From an uncultured Pelagibacteraceae bacterium (GTDB lineage: Bacteria > Pseudomonadota > Alphaproteobacteria > Pelagibacterales > Pelagibacteraceae), in the NCBI GenBank assembly GCA_902587435.1, contig CACILF010000003.1:7801-71800 (forward strand): a stretch of DNA of 64,000 nt, given 5' to 3'. The notes under the pieces were generated by a model, which worked only from the letters and a program-made list of their open reading frames with translations, made no database searches and was not told the DNA's origin. The first letter of the stretch is position 1, and every line of letters begins with the position of its first letter. Shown here piece after piece: positions 28,679-38,568 of the stretch. Position numbers and translations under genes: made by a program.

Positions 28679-29662
28679 TTGATTAAATATTTTTTTAAGC
28701 GTCTGATACAATCAGCAATGGTGATGCTTGTCGTTGCTTTTGTTTCTTTTTCACTATTTAATTTTGTAGGAGATCCGATCAACAATATGGTTGGAGAAGA
28801 AACATCAGATGAAGAAAGAGCAGAACTTAGAGAAACTTTAGGACTACTAGATCCTATACATATTCAGTTTTCTAGATTTGTTGTTAATGCTTCAAAAGGT
28901 AATTTTGGTATCTCTTATCAATTAAAAAGACCAGTTTCAGAGTTAATTTCTGAAAGATTACCAGCAACAATCGAGCTTGTTTTAATCTCAGCTTTAATCG
29001 CTCTAGTATCTGGGACTTTATTAGGCGTTTATACTGGCATAAATAGGAAAGGTTTTTTGAGTGACATAATATTAGCTATTTCATTGTTGGGTGTCTCACT
29101 CCCCACATTTGTAATAGGTATATTATTTATTTATCTTTTTGCAGTAATTTTAGGAGTATTACCTTCATTTGGCAGAGGAGAAGTTGTTAGTCTTGGTTAT
29201 TGGACCACAGGTTTTTTAACTTTGTCTGGATTGAAAGCTATAATTCTTCCTTCTGTAACTCTAAGCCTTTTCCAAATGACTTACATCATTAGACTTGTTC
29301 GGGCAGAAATGATGGAAATATTACAAACAGATTATATTAAATTTGCAAGAGCAAGAGGAATAAGTGAAAAAAGTATTCATTATAAACATGCATTAAAAAA
29401 TGGATTAATACCTGTAATAACAATTGCTGGAATAAATATTGGAACCCTAATTGCATTTTCAATAATTACAGAAACTGTTTTTCAATGGCCGGGTATGGGA
29501 TTTTTATTCATCCAAGCTGTTCAATTCGTAGATATACCAATTATGTCTGCATACTTAGTCTTTATAGCATTTGTTTTTGTAATGATAAATTTCATTGTAG
29601 ATATTTTATATTACTTCATTGACCCAAGAATTAGAGTTAAAGCGGAGGCAGTAAGTGGATAA
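28679..29662 (+). CDS. Dpp/Opp ABC permease (DppB-like)
   Basis: RLPATIEL, DYIKFARARG, ETVFQWPG, DPRIR. Confidence 0.93.
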   Translation: MIKYFFKRLIQSAMVMLVVAFVSFSLFNFVGDPINNMVGEETSDEERAELRETLGLLDPIHIQFSRFVVNASKGNFGISYQLKRPVSELISERLPATIELVLISALIALVSGTLLGVYTGINRKGFLSDIILAISLLGVSLPTFVIGILFIYLFAVILGVLPSFGRGEVVSLGYWTTGFLTLSGLKAIILPSVTLSLFQMTYIIRLVRAEMMEILQTDYIKFARARGISEKSIHYKHALKNGLIPVITIAGINIGTLIAFSIITETVFQWPGMGFLFIQAVQFVDIPIMSAYLVFIAFVFVMINFIVDILYYFIDPRIRVKAEAVSG

Positions 29663-30581
29663 TAAAAATTTAACATTATTTAGTAGAATTAAAGATAGCG
29701 ATATTTATTTCAGTTTTATAAAATCACCTACCGCTGTAATTTCTACTTTAATATTAATTATAATTTTCTTTTGTTCTTTTTTTGTTGAATTAGTAACACC
29801 ATATAATCCATTTGATCCATCATCATTATCTTTAATGGATGCATTTACTCCACCTTCGTGGACTGAGGAAGGTCTTGCTAAATTTATTTTAGGAACTGAT
29901 GGTCAAGGTAGAGATATGTTAGCGACTATTCTTTATGGATCGCGAATTTCTTTAATTGTAGGTTTTTCGGCAGTTATATTTGCTTTAGTTTTAGGAGTAG
30001 GTTTAGGACTAAGTGCAGGATACTTCGGTGGAAAATATGAAATGATTGTTATGAGATTAACAGATGTACAGTTAACGGTACCAAGTATTTTAATGGCACT
30101 TTTGGTTGACGGAATTGCTCGTGGAATTATTTCAAGAGAATTACACGATGAAATGGCAATCTATGTTTTAATTTTTGCAATCGGAATTTCCGAATGGCCT
30201 CAGTTTGCAAGAGTTTCAAGAGCTGCGACTTTGGTAGAAAAAAATAAAGATTATGTTTCTGCTTCAACAATTATTGGTGTTTCAAATATAATTATTATGT
30301 TTAAACATATTTTGCCAAATATAATGAGACCAATTCTAGTAATTGGAACAATAGGACTTGCACTTGCAATAATAGCTGAAGCAACTTTAAGTTTTTTAGG
30401 AGTAGGCGTTCCTCCTACGACACCTTCATTAGGCACATTAATTAGATTAGGTAATGATTTTTTATTTTCTGGTGAATGGTGGATTACATTTTTTCCAGCA
30501 ATATTTTTAGTAATATTAGCATTTTCAATTAACCTTTTAGGAGATTGGATGAGAGATACTCTTAATCCTAAACTTAACTAA
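29655..30581 (+). CDS. Dpp/Opp ABC permease (DppC-like)
   Basis: LGTD.QGRD, KHILPN, EATLSFLG. Confidence 0.93.
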   Translation: MDNKNLTLFSRIKDSDIYFSFIKSPTAVISTLILIIIFFCSFFVELVTPYNPFDPSSLSLMDAFTPPSWTEEGLAKFILGTDGQGRDMLATILYGSRISLIVGFSAVIFALVLGVGLGLSAGYFGGKYEMIVMRLTDVQLTVPSILMALLVDGIARGIISRELHDEMAIYVLIFAIGISEWPQFARVSRAATLVEKNKDYVSASTIIGVSNIIIMFKHILPNIMRPILVIGTIGLALAIIAEATLSFLGVGVPPTTPSLGTLIRLGNDFLFSGEWWITFFPAIFLVILAFSINLLGDWMRDTLNPKLN

Positions 30582-32263
30582 TGACATTTTTAAAAATAAA
30601 TAATTTAAGTGTTAACTATGAAATGCGAAGAGAAACAGTTAATGCAGCAAAAAAAGTAAATATAAATGTCGAAAAAGGTGAAATACTTGGCTTAGTGGGA
30701 GAATCTGGATCAGGAAAAAGTACAGTTGGTAATGCAATAATTAATCTTATAGATGAGCCTGGCAAAGTATCTGGTGGAACAATAATTTTAGATGGGACTG
30801 ATATTTATGAAAATCCAGAGAATATTATTAAATTAAGAGGAAAAAAAATAGGTCTTATTTTTCAAGACCCTCAAACTTCTTTAAATCCTATCCTTACAAT
30901 AGGTGAACAGTTAATTGAAACAATTCAAACGCATTTAAAATTAAATACAGAAGAAGCAAAAAATAAAGCTATTAATTTATTAAAAGAAGTTGGAATAAAA
31001 GATGCTGAAACTAGATTTAATAATTATCCTCATCAGTTTTCAGGAGGTATGAGACAAAGAGTTGTTATTTCATTGGCTCTTTGTTGTGAACCTGAACTTC
31101 TTATTGCTGATGAACCAACTACAGCGCTAGATGTTTCAATACAATCTCAAATTTTAGATTTAATTAAAAGGTTAACTAAAGAGAGAAATTTGGCGGTAAT
31201 ATTAATTACTCATGACATGGGGGTTATCTCTGAAACAACAAACAGAGTAGCAGTAATGAAAAATGGAGATTTAGTTGAAATAGGACCTACGAAAGAAATA
31301 TTAACAAAACCTAAAGAGATTTATACAAAAGCACTTGTAAGTTCAGTTCCTCCTACAAATAAAAAAATAGATAGATTTAAAATTATTGAAAAGGAAAACA
31401 AAACTCAAGGTGAAACCAATATTAAAATTTTAAATAGATGGACAAAAAAAGATATTATTGATCAGGACTTAGTTAAGGTTAAAAATTTAAGCAAAACGTT
31501 TGATGATAATTTTTTTACAGAAAGCACTAAAAACTCTGTAATGGCCGTAGACGATGTATCATTTAATATTAAAGAAGGAGAGTCATTCGGATTAGTTGGT
31601 GAAAGTGGAAGTGGTAAATCAACAATAGCCAAAATGATTGTTAATTTATATAGCCCAAGCGCTGGAGATATTGATTTTGATAATGTTTGTATAACAAAAA
31701 TTAAAAGTAATAAAGAAATGATGAAATTTAGAAAACAAATCCAAATGATATTTCAAGACCCTTATTCATCATTAAATGGAAGATTAAAAGTTAAAGATAT
31801 AGTTTCAGAACCCATAAAACTTCATAACCCTTCAATTAGTTCTAAAGATATAGATAGTTATATATATGATTTATTAGAGTCTGTTGAATTAACTCAACAA
31901 TCAGCAGAACGTTATCCACATGAATTTTCTGGAGGTCAAAGACAAAGAATTTCAATAGCAAGAGCTCTTGCAACCCAACCTAGACTTCTTGTTTGTGATG
32001 AACCAACTTCTGCTTTAGATGTCAGTATACAAGCGCAAATACTAAATCTATTAAAAGACTTACAAGAACAATTAAATCTGACGATATTATTTATTAGTCA
32101 TGACTTACCAGTTGTAAGACAAATGTGTGATAGAATAGCAGTATTAAAAAATGGAAAGCTTTGTGAGATTTCTAAAACTGAAGAATTATTTAAAAATCCA
32201 TCACATGAATACACAAAAGAACTATTAACGTTAATGCCAAAAATAGAATCAATTTATAATTAA
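30581..32263 (+). CDS. Fused double ABC ATPase (DppD/F-like)
   Basis: Two GESGSGKS Walker A motifs, YPHQFSGG/YPHEFSGG, two DEPT. Confidence 0.95.
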   Translation: MTFLKINNLSVNYEMRRETVNAAKKVNINVEKGEILGLVGESGSGKSTVGNAIINLIDEPGKVSGGTIILDGTDIYENPENIIKLRGKKIGLIFQDPQTSLNPILTIGEQLIETIQTHLKLNTEEAKNKAINLLKEVGIKDAETRFNNYPHQFSGGMRQRVVISLALCCEPELLIADEPTTALDVSIQSQILDLIKRLTKERNLAVILITHDMGVISETTNRVAVMKNGDLVEIGPTKEILTKPKEIYTKALVSSVPPTNKKIDRFKIIEKENKTQGETNIKILNRWTKKDIIDQDLVKVKNLSKTFDDNFFTESTKNSVMAVDDVSFNIKEGESFGLVGESGSGKSTIAKMIVNLYSPSAGDIDFDNVCITKIKSNKEMMKFRKQIQMIFQDPYSSLNGRLKVKDIVSEPIKLHNPSISSKDIDSYIYDLLESVELTQQSAERYPHEFSGGQRQRISIARALATQPRLLVCDEPTSALDVSIQAQILNLLKDLQEQLNLTILFISHDLPVVRQMCDRIAVLKNGKLCEISKTEELFKNPSHEYTKELLTLMPKIESIYN

Positions 32264-32272
32264 GGAGGAAAA

Positions 32273-32665
32273 ATGCCAATCTTTAAACCAATTAATGAAA
32301 ATGAAGCTACTGGAAAAGTTAAAGAAGTTTTTGATGAGATAAAAAGTACAAGAAAAATTACTGAAGTTCCAAATTTTTGGAAATATATTGCAAATAGCCC
32401 AGAAACTTTGGAAAGAACCTGGAAATCAACTTCACAAGTTATGAAACCTGGTGCATTAGATGCTGTAATGAAAGAATTAATTTATGTTGCAGTTTCAATG
32501 ACAAATAGTTGTGAGTACTGTACTAAATCTCATACAGCTGCTGCAAAGAAAAAAGGTGCAACGGATGAGATGATTAAAGAAATGATTGACGTTATGGGTA
32601 TCGCCAATCAGAATAATAAATTAGTAGAAGCTTATGGTGTTGAAATTGATGAAATTTACAAGTAA
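32273..32665 (+). CDS. CMD/AhpD-like protein
   Basis: KELIYVAVS..NSCEYC..SH. Confidence 0.88.
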   Translation: MPIFKPINENEATGKVKEVFDEIKSTRKITEVPNFWKYIANSPETLERTWKSTSQVMKPGALDAVMKELIYVAVSMTNSCEYCTKSHTAAAKKKGATDEMIKEMIDVMGIANQNNKLVEAYGVEIDEIYK

Positions 32666-33580
32666 CTAATCTATTGGATAGTTCCAAGCATCACCCCCAA
32701 CAACCTTTGATATTGCAGAGAAATCTTTTGTATCGTTTCCTTCTTCACAAAATTTATCATAAATTTCCAAAGCCATTTTTGCAAGTGGAGTAGAGGCATT
32801 GACTTGTTTTGCACATTCATTTGCTAATTTTAAATCTTTATTCATCATACCTGCAGAAAATCCTGGTCGATAATTATTATTTGATGGCGTTCCATCAATT
32901 AAACCAGGCAAAGGTGGATAAACAGAAATAGGCCAACTATTTCCTGACGCATTTTTCATAATTTCATGAACCTTTTTAATATCTATATTTAGTCTTTTGG
33001 CTAACATTAAAGACTCTGAGGCTGCAATCATTGTAATTCCTAAAGACATGTTGTTACAAATTTTTGCTCCATTACCACTACCAAGATCTCCAGCATGGAA
33101 TATATTTTTTCCCATTATTTTTAATAAAGGAAGAGCAATATCAAAAGCTTCTTTAGTTCCACCTACCATAATATTTAAAGTTGCTTTTTCAGCACCCATG
33201 ACTCCACCGCTAACGGGAGCATCGATCATTTTAATTCCTTTTTCTTTAGCCTTTTTTCCAATTTCAATTGAAGTTTGAATATCAATTGTAGAACAATCAA
33301 CAAGAAGACAATTTTTAGAAACTTTATTAATTATACCTTTTTCTCCCAAATAAACTTCTTTTGAATTCTTACCCTCAGGCAGCATTGTAATTACAGTTGT
33401 GACTTCATTTGTAATTAGTTCATCTAAATTTTCTACAACATCTAGTTTTTTTTCTTTTGCTTTTTCAATCATGTATTTTGAAACATCAAAAACTTTCACT
33501 TTTTTCCCTGCTTTAACCAAATTATTTACCATTGGGTTTCCCATATTACCAACTCCAATGAACGCTATTAGTTCAGACAT
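32666..33580 (-). CDS. mmsB: 3-hydroxyisobutyrate dehydrogenase
   Basis: FIGVGNMG.PM, DAPVSGG, AKICNN, KDL. Confidence 0.88.
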   Translation of the reverse strand: MSELIAFIGVGNMGNPMVNNLVKAGKKVKVFDVSKYMIEKAKEKKLDVVENLDELITNEVTTVITMLPEGKNSKEVYLGEKGIINKVSKNCLLVDCSTIDIQTSIEIGKKAKEKGIKMIDAPVSGGVMGAEKATLNIMVGGTKEAFDIALPLLKIMGKNIFHAGDLGSGNGAKICNNMSLGITMIAASESLMLAKRLNIDIKKVHEIMKNASGNSWPISVYPPLPGLIDGTPSNNNYRPGFSAGMMNKDLKLANECAKQVNASTPLAKMALEIYDKFCEEGNDTKDFSAISKVVGGDAWNYPID

Positions 33581-33601
33581 ATTTTTCTCCCTCTATTAAA
33601 T

Positions 33602-33937
33602 TTAATTTACTTTACCTAGTAAATTTACAATTAAGACTCCTGCTATGATTAAAATAATTCCAATTAAACCATATGCGTTGGGCATTTGATTATATTTAAC
33701 AATCCCAAAAATTAGTATTGATGCAACTGTTACTGCACTGTAAGTGGCATATGCAAAACCTACTGGGATTGCAGACATTCCTTTTGCAAGCGAAAACATA
33801 GTTACGCACATTAAAAGTATGCAAGCCACAGATGGTGTAAGTTTTGTAAATCCATCAGAAATTTTTGCAAAACTGTTTGCAGTTATTCCACAAGATATTG
33901 CTATAAATAAAAAAATATATCCTGTGAATGGCTTCAT
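33602..33937 (-). CDS. SMR family transporter subunit (atypical, no Glu14)
   Basis: 4 TM, K.SDGFT, IPVG.AYA, G..LI..GV. Confidence 0.85.
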   Translation of the reverse strand: MKPFTGYIFLFIAISCGITANSFAKISDGFTKLTPSVACILLMCVTMFSLAKGMSAIPVGFAYATYSAVTVASILIFGIVKYNQMPNAYGLIGIILIIAGVLIVNLLGKVN

Positions 33938-34273
33938 TTAATTCGCTTTTCCTAACAAGTTAACAATTAAAACACCAGCTATAATTAAAGCAAGACCTAT
34001 CATAGTATAAAGATCTGGAATTTGTTTAAATTTATACATTCCTACAATTGTTGTTGCTATAATACAAAGTCCCGCGAATGAAGCATAAGTTATTCCAACA
34101 GGAATTGTTTTCATAACAAGTGACAATGTATACATACACCCAACAATAGTTACTGCAGTAATAACACTAGGCAACAATAGTGTGAAACCTTGTGCACCCT
34201 TAGCAAAACCATTTGATGCAGTCCCCAAAACAACCGCTACAATTAAAATTATATAAGCTGATATATTAGTCAC
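33938..34273 (-). CDS. SMR family transporter subunit (atypical, no Glu14)
   Basis: 4 TM, K.AQGFT, IPVGITYA, GLALIIAGV. Confidence 0.85.
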   Translation of the reverse strand: MTNISAYIILIVAVVLGTASNGFAKGAQGFTLLLPSVITAVTIVGCMYTLSLVMKTIPVGITYASFAGLCIIATTIVGMYKFKQIPDLYTMIGLALIIAGVLIVNLLGKAN

Positions 34274-34288
34274 AACTAAAGATTATTA

Positions 34289-34510
34289 TTAATTGGTAAT
34301 TTTATCTACAAATTTTTTTGTTGGTGGACCCACAACTAGAGATGTAATTATTGCTATTGGTAAACTTACTGACCATGCTTTAAAAAATCTTTGAGCATAT
34401 TCACTATCCATTCCAGTATTAATATATGTAATAATTAAGGTCATAAACAAACTCATTCCAAAACCCATAATTAAAATAAAAATAAAATTAGAATATTTTT
34501 TTTTTAACAT
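34289..34510 (-). CDS. DUF2798-like small membrane protein
   Basis: M...MS..MT..IT.IN.G...W..S.PIA pattern. Confidence 0.75.
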   Translation of the reverse strand: MLKKKYSNFIFILIMGFGMSLFMTLIITYINTGMDSEYAQRFFKAWSVSLPIAIITSLVVGPPTKKFVDKITN

Positions 34511-35100
34511 TATTTTTTAGACCAATTTATAGCATCTTCCATTCTATCATCTCCCCAAAAAATCTCATTATTTACAATAAATGATGGACTGCCAAAAACT
34601 TTATTGTTACGTGCACTATCTGTATTTGCTAAAAATTCTTTTTCTATTTCTTTGGAATTTGCATTTAAAATCACTTTATCTTTATCTAGTTTTAGTTCAG
34701 AACATATTTCAGAAATATTAGGTTCTACCGCAGGCTCTTTATTTTCTTGAAACCATCTTTTATAAGTGAGCCTTACATAATCAACTCCCCAACCTTCTTT
34801 TAAACCAAGTATTGCAAGTTTATTTGCTAGGTCAAATTGAGTTAATGGATACGGAACAGGAGTTTTTGCAGAAAAACCATAACCTTCTGCTCTTCTTTCA
34901 ATATCTCTCCACATGTAATCAACTTTACTTTTTTTATCATCTGGAAAAGGATGGTTATTCATTTCATTCATTATTATTCTTACACTGAATGGTTTCCAAT
35001 TAAATTTTACACCATGTTTTTTTTCAACATCCAAAATTCTTGTTACAGAAAGGTATGTGTATGTACTTCCAATAGAAAAATAAAAATCAATATTACTCAT
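34510..35100 (-). CDS. DsbA-family HCCA isomerase / kappa glutathione transferase
   Basis: IDFYFS..S.YTYL, VFGSPSF, FWGDDR. Confidence 0.9.
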   Translation of the reverse strand: MSNIDFYFSIGSTYTYLSVTRILDVEKKHGVKFNWKPFSVRIIMNEMNNHPFPDDKKSKVDYMWRDIERRAEGYGFSAKTPVPYPLTQFDLANKLAILGLKEGWGVDYVRLTYKRWFQENKEPAVEPNISEICSELKLDKDKVILNANSKEIEKEFLANTDSARNNKVFGSPSFIVNNEIFWGDDRMEDAINWSKK

Positions 35101-35484
35101 TTAACCTAAAACGTATCTAGCTGTAATTTTATTACCGTCATGGTCACGGACATAACCATAATAATTTCCATCTGATCTTAATCCTGGAGCTCCTTCATCA
35201 ACAGCACCGTTTTCCAGTGCTGTTTTATGAAATTTATCTACCGCCTCTTTTGTTTCAGCTGCCAAAGCAACCATTGTACCGTTTCCTGCGTTAGCATTTT
35301 CTTTATTGTGAGGTTTTGTAATATAAAACTTTGCTCCATCATCTTCACTAAAACCGTATCCAATATATCTTTCTGTTACGGTAACTCTTTTCATTTTAAG
35401 ATGAGCCAATATAGCATCGTAAAACTTACTAGATTTTTCAACATCGTTAGTCCCAACCATTACAAATCCGATTACTTTATTCAT
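35101..35484 (-). CDS. VOC/glyoxalase family protein
   Basis: GNGTMVAL, DEGAPG.R, YVRD.DGNK. Confidence 0.9.
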   Translation of the reverse strand: MNKVIGFVMVGTNDVEKSSKFYDAILAHLKMKRVTVTERYIGYGFSEDDGAKFYITKPHNKENANAGNGTMVALAAETKEAVDKFHKTALENGAVDEGAPGLRSDGNYYGYVRDHDGNKITARYVLG

Positions 35485-35822
35485 TATAAGTCAGGAGCTC
35501 TCACTATTTCAAATCTTAATAGTTTATTATTCTTAATAATACCATGAAACATAACTGTATCTGGATTTTTATCCGAGTCTTTCCATTTAAAAGTTCCAAT
35601 AAGTCTTTTGTCATCCTCATAAATAGATTTAATATCAGAGATTACTCCTGGTTTAGTTTTAATCCAGTCCAAACTTTCTTGTAATGTATCAAAACCTTTT
35701 TTAGGCTGGTGAAGATTTATATGTTTAAAATTATCATCAAGTATTTTTGAAATTTCCGTTGGATCACCAGACTGAAAAGCTTTAGCCCACGTTGTTAGTA
35801 ATGATTGAATTGTTAGTGACAC
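35484..35822 (-). CDS. Hypothetical, NTF2/SnoaL-like protein
   Basis: W..AF..GD.....ILDDNF pattern, distant resemblance to the next gene. Confidence 0.6.
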   Translation of the reverse strand: MSLTIQSLLTTWAKAFQSGDPTEISKILDDNFKHINLHQPKKGFDTLQESLDWIKTKPGVISDIKSIYEDDKRLIGTFKWKDSDKNPDTVMFHGIIKNNKLLRFEIVRAPDL

Positions 35823-35831
35823 AAAATAAAT

Positions 35832-36152
35832 TTATTTAGGCATTGGTGTTGCGCCAGTTTCTAAAGAAATTATCTTACCGTCTTTATACTTATAAACTGC
35901 CATTACAGCTTCAACATTTCCATCATCAAATGTTACGAATGCATGGTGTATTCCAACTTCATTATTTTCATAAACAATTCTTGTTTTATCTTGTTTAATG
36001 TCACCACTCATCGCCCATTTGATTACATCAGATTTACTTAAAGAATTTCCTGATTTATGCATTGTAAATTTAAAATCATCATGCAAAAGTTCATTCATAG
36101 CTGCTTCATCTTTATTTGTCATTGCAGCACTATATTTTTCTAAAATAGACAT
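35832..36152 (-). CDS. NTF2/SnoaL-like protein
   Basis: D...M.ELLHDDF, KDGKII.LETGATP. Confidence 0.75.
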   Translation of the reverse strand: MSILEKYSAAMTNKDEAAMNELLHDDFKFTMHKSGNSLSKSDVIKWAMSGDIKQDKTRIVYENNEVGIHHAFVTFDDGNVEAVMAVYKYKDGKIISLETGATPMPK

Positions 36153-36153
36153 A

Positions 36154-36444
36154 TTATTTTGCTCCTTTAATTATTATTACATTTCCGACAGAGTTATCTA
36201 ACCGTATCTGTCTTACCGGTTTGTATTCTTCAGAATTATAAAATTCTAAAGCTTTTTCGTAAGAGGGAAATTTAACAACGACTGTTCTAGGAAGTTTCCA
36301 TTCACCCTCAACACATTCGTAATCACCACCTCTTACTAAATATTCTCCTCCATATTTAGCAACTAGCCCTGAAGCTTTTGCTACATAATTTTTATATTCT
36401 TCAGGGTTAGTTATTTCGATTTGAAATATTGCATATCCATACAT
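36154..36444 (-). CDS. DUF1330 family protein
   Basis: YGGEYLVRGG, EGEW, FPS...A..FYNS.EY. Confidence 0.9.
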   Translation of the reverse strand: MYGYAIFQIEITNPEEYKNYVAKASGLVAKYGGEYLVRGGDYECVEGEWKLPRTVVVKFPSYEKALEFYNSEEYKPVRQIRLDNSVGNVIIIKGAK

Positions 36445-36456
36445 TTTTATTAATCC

Positions 36457-36753
36457 TTATAGATTAACTTTACTCAATTCATACATTTCAACAACTTCGA
36501 TACATTCATCAAAAATAGGTTTTGCAATTGGGTTATTACCTGAAGCAAACTTCTTCATTTCTTCTTCATTATGAACCGAGACTTTAAACATAACATAACT
36601 TTTATCTGGTCCTATTCCTGGAACTGTTTTTTCAACATGAGCAACAGTTTTTCTTACTGCCATTCCTTCATCTGATTGCATAAATCCCATGAATTTTTCA
36701 AATTTTCCCTCTCCAGATTTAATTCTTGCTATTGCAAGCATTTCCTTTTCCAT
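36457..36753 (-). CDS. Hypothetical protein, first gene of the small-gene operon
   Basis: 98-aa ORF with strong AAGGAG RBS. Confidence 0.75.
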   Translation of the reverse strand: MEKEMLAIARIKSGEGKFEKFMGFMQSDEGMAVRKTVAHVEKTVPGIGPDKSYVMFKVSVHNEEEMKKFASGNNPIAKPIFDECIEVVEMYELSKVNL

Positions 36754-36809
36754 ATTTTTACTCCTTTCTTTTTTATATTAAAAATTATTTTATTAATTTT
36801 AATTTAGCA

Positions 36810-36829
36810 ATGTAACAACTTTGTTACAT
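36810..36829. promoter_or_regulatory. Perfect palindrome, putative operator
   Basis: ATGTAACAA-CT-TTGTTACAT in the cysK/small-gene intergenic region. Confidence 0.55.
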
Positions 36830-36852
36830 ATCAGGTATGCATTAATTATATC
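36830..36852 (-). promoter_or_regulatory. Putative LysR-type operator
   Basis: Minus strand GATATA-ATTAA-TGCATA-CC-TGAT; 12/12 identity TGCATACCTGAT with 45168-45179. Confidence 0.5.
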
Positions 36853-37847
36853 CAGTTAGGAAATGGTAGGCCTTTTTCTTCTAAAAATTTTTTATTAAAC
36901 ATCTTTGAGTTGTATTTATCTGATTTATCGCAAAGAATAGTGACAATAGTTTTTCCTGGCCCGAGTTCTTTTCCTAGTCTTATTGCTCCTGCAATATTAA
37001 CTCCACAACTTGTACCAAGACTTAAACCTTCATTTTGAATTAAGTCATACAGAATAGGTAAAGACTCATGGTCACTTATTGAAAATGCCCCATCTATTTT
37101 AGCTTCAGCAAAATTAGCTGTTACTCTACTTGAACCAATACCTTCAGTGATTGATCCTCCTTCACTTTTTAACTCTCCATTCTTTATATAATTGTAGAGA
37201 GCCGAACCTGTTGGATCAGATAAATATATTTTTATATCTTTATTTTTTTCTTTTAAATAACTACTCACACCGCCAATTGTTCCACCAGTTCCAGATGAAC
37301 ATACAAACCCATCTACTTTTCCATCTGTTTGCTCCCAAATTTCTGGTCCAGTTGTTTCATAGTGTCCTTTAGCATTAGCAGTATTATCAAATTGATTAGC
37401 CCAAACTACACCATGATTATTTGTACTCTTTAATTCTTCAGCTACTCTTTTTGCAACTTTTACGTAGTTACCATCATCTTTGTAAGGTTTTGGCGGCACA
37501 AGTTTTAAATCAGCACCTATATTTCTTAACATATCTTTTTTCTCTTGGGTTTGGTTATCGTTCATTACAATTATAGTTTTATAACCAATTGAATTTCCAA
37601 TAAGACAAAGACCAATTCCAGTATTACCTGCAGTGCCTTCAACTATTATTCCACCTTTTGAAATTAATTTTTTTCCTTGTGCATCTTTTATTAGTGCTAA
37701 AGCCGCTCTATCTTTAACTGATCCTCCAGGGTTTAAATATTCTGCTTTACCATAAATATTACAACCCGTTATTTCTGATGCAGCTTTGAGTTTGATTAAT
37801 GGAGTGTTTCCTATTCCCTCAATGAAATTATTTTGAGAATTTTTCAT
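36846..37847 (-). CDS. cysK: Cysteine synthase
   Basis: [18 protein letters not shown] lysine, TAGNTG, GTGGT. Confidence 0.93.
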   Translation of the reverse strand: MKNSQNNFIEGIGNTPLIKLKAASEITGCNIYGKAEYLNPGGSVKDRAALALIKDAQGKKLISKGGIIVEGTAGNTGIGLCLIGNSIGYKTIIVMNDNQTQEKKDMLRNIGADLKLVPPKPYKDDGNYVKVAKRVAEELKSTNNHGVVWANQFDNTANAKGHYETTGPEIWEQTDGKVDGFVCSSGTGGTIGGVSSYLKEKNKDIKIYLSDPTGSALYNYIKNGELKSEGGSITEGIGSSRVTANFAEAKIDGAFSISDHESLPILYDLIQNEGLSLGTSCGVNIAGAIRLGKELGPGKTIVTILCDKSDKYNSKMFNKKFLEEKGLPFPNWI

Positions 37848-38413
37848 TTATTATCTCCATTAGCAATACCGTAAGGTTTAAATTCTTCAGTTGCTGTTCC
37901 AACATTTTTTGCAGGGATACCAACCATAACTGCATTTTCAGGAACATCTTTTGTTACAACTGCATTTGCGCCAATTTTTGCATTTTTACCAACTACGACA
38001 GGTCCTAAAACTTGAGCTCCAGAACCCACAACCACATTATCCATTAATGTTGGATGTCTTTTAGAACCTCTTTGATCATTTGAATTAATACTTGGTGAAA
38101 TTCCTCCCAAGGTAACCATATGATATATCGTTACATTGTCACCAATTTCAGATGTTTCACCAATAACAACACCCATACCATGATCTATAAAAAGATTTTT
38201 ACCTATTTTGGCTCTTGGGTGAATTTCTATTCCAGTTAAAAATCTTGAAAATTGTGAAATTATTCTTGCGATTAAATCTAACTTAGCAATTGAAAAAAAA
38301 TTAGCTATTCGATGAAAAAAAACAGCTTTAACACCCGGGTAAGTTAATATTACACTTAGCTTGGATTTAGCAGCTGGATCCCTGTTAATTATGGATTCTA
38401 AAAAACTATTCAT
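37844..38413 (-). CDS. cysE: Serine O-acetyltransferase
   Basis: RDPAA, TGIEIHP, FIDHGMG, KRHPT, hexapeptide repeats. Confidence 0.95.
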   Translation of the reverse strand: MNSFLESIINRDPAAKSKLSVILTYPGVKAVFFHRIANFFSIAKLDLIARIISQFSRFLTGIEIHPRAKIGKNLFIDHGMGVVIGETSEIGDNVTIYHMVTLGGISPSINSNDQRGSKRHPTLMDNVVVGSGAQVLGPVVVGKNAKIGANAVVTKDVPENAVMVGIPAKNVGTATEEFKPYGIANGDNK

Positions 38414-38448
38414 GATATTTAAATTATTTTGATTATTTAAATGATCAG

Positions 38449-38568
38449 TTAGTTGTCACAACAACAACTACCTGAATCAGGTTTGCATGAGCACTCTTTG
38501 ATTGCATCACAAGTGCATCTATCACTAATACAATTTGTACATTTACATTTTGGGTTATCGCATGCCAT
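38449..38568 (-). CDS. Uncalled 39-aa metallothionein-like protein
   Basis: [39 protein letters not shown]; 11 Cys of 39, three CxC plus CCC, no aromatic residues. Confidence 0.85.
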   Translation of the reverse strand: MACDNPKCKCTNCISDRCTCDAIKECSCKPDSGSCCCDN

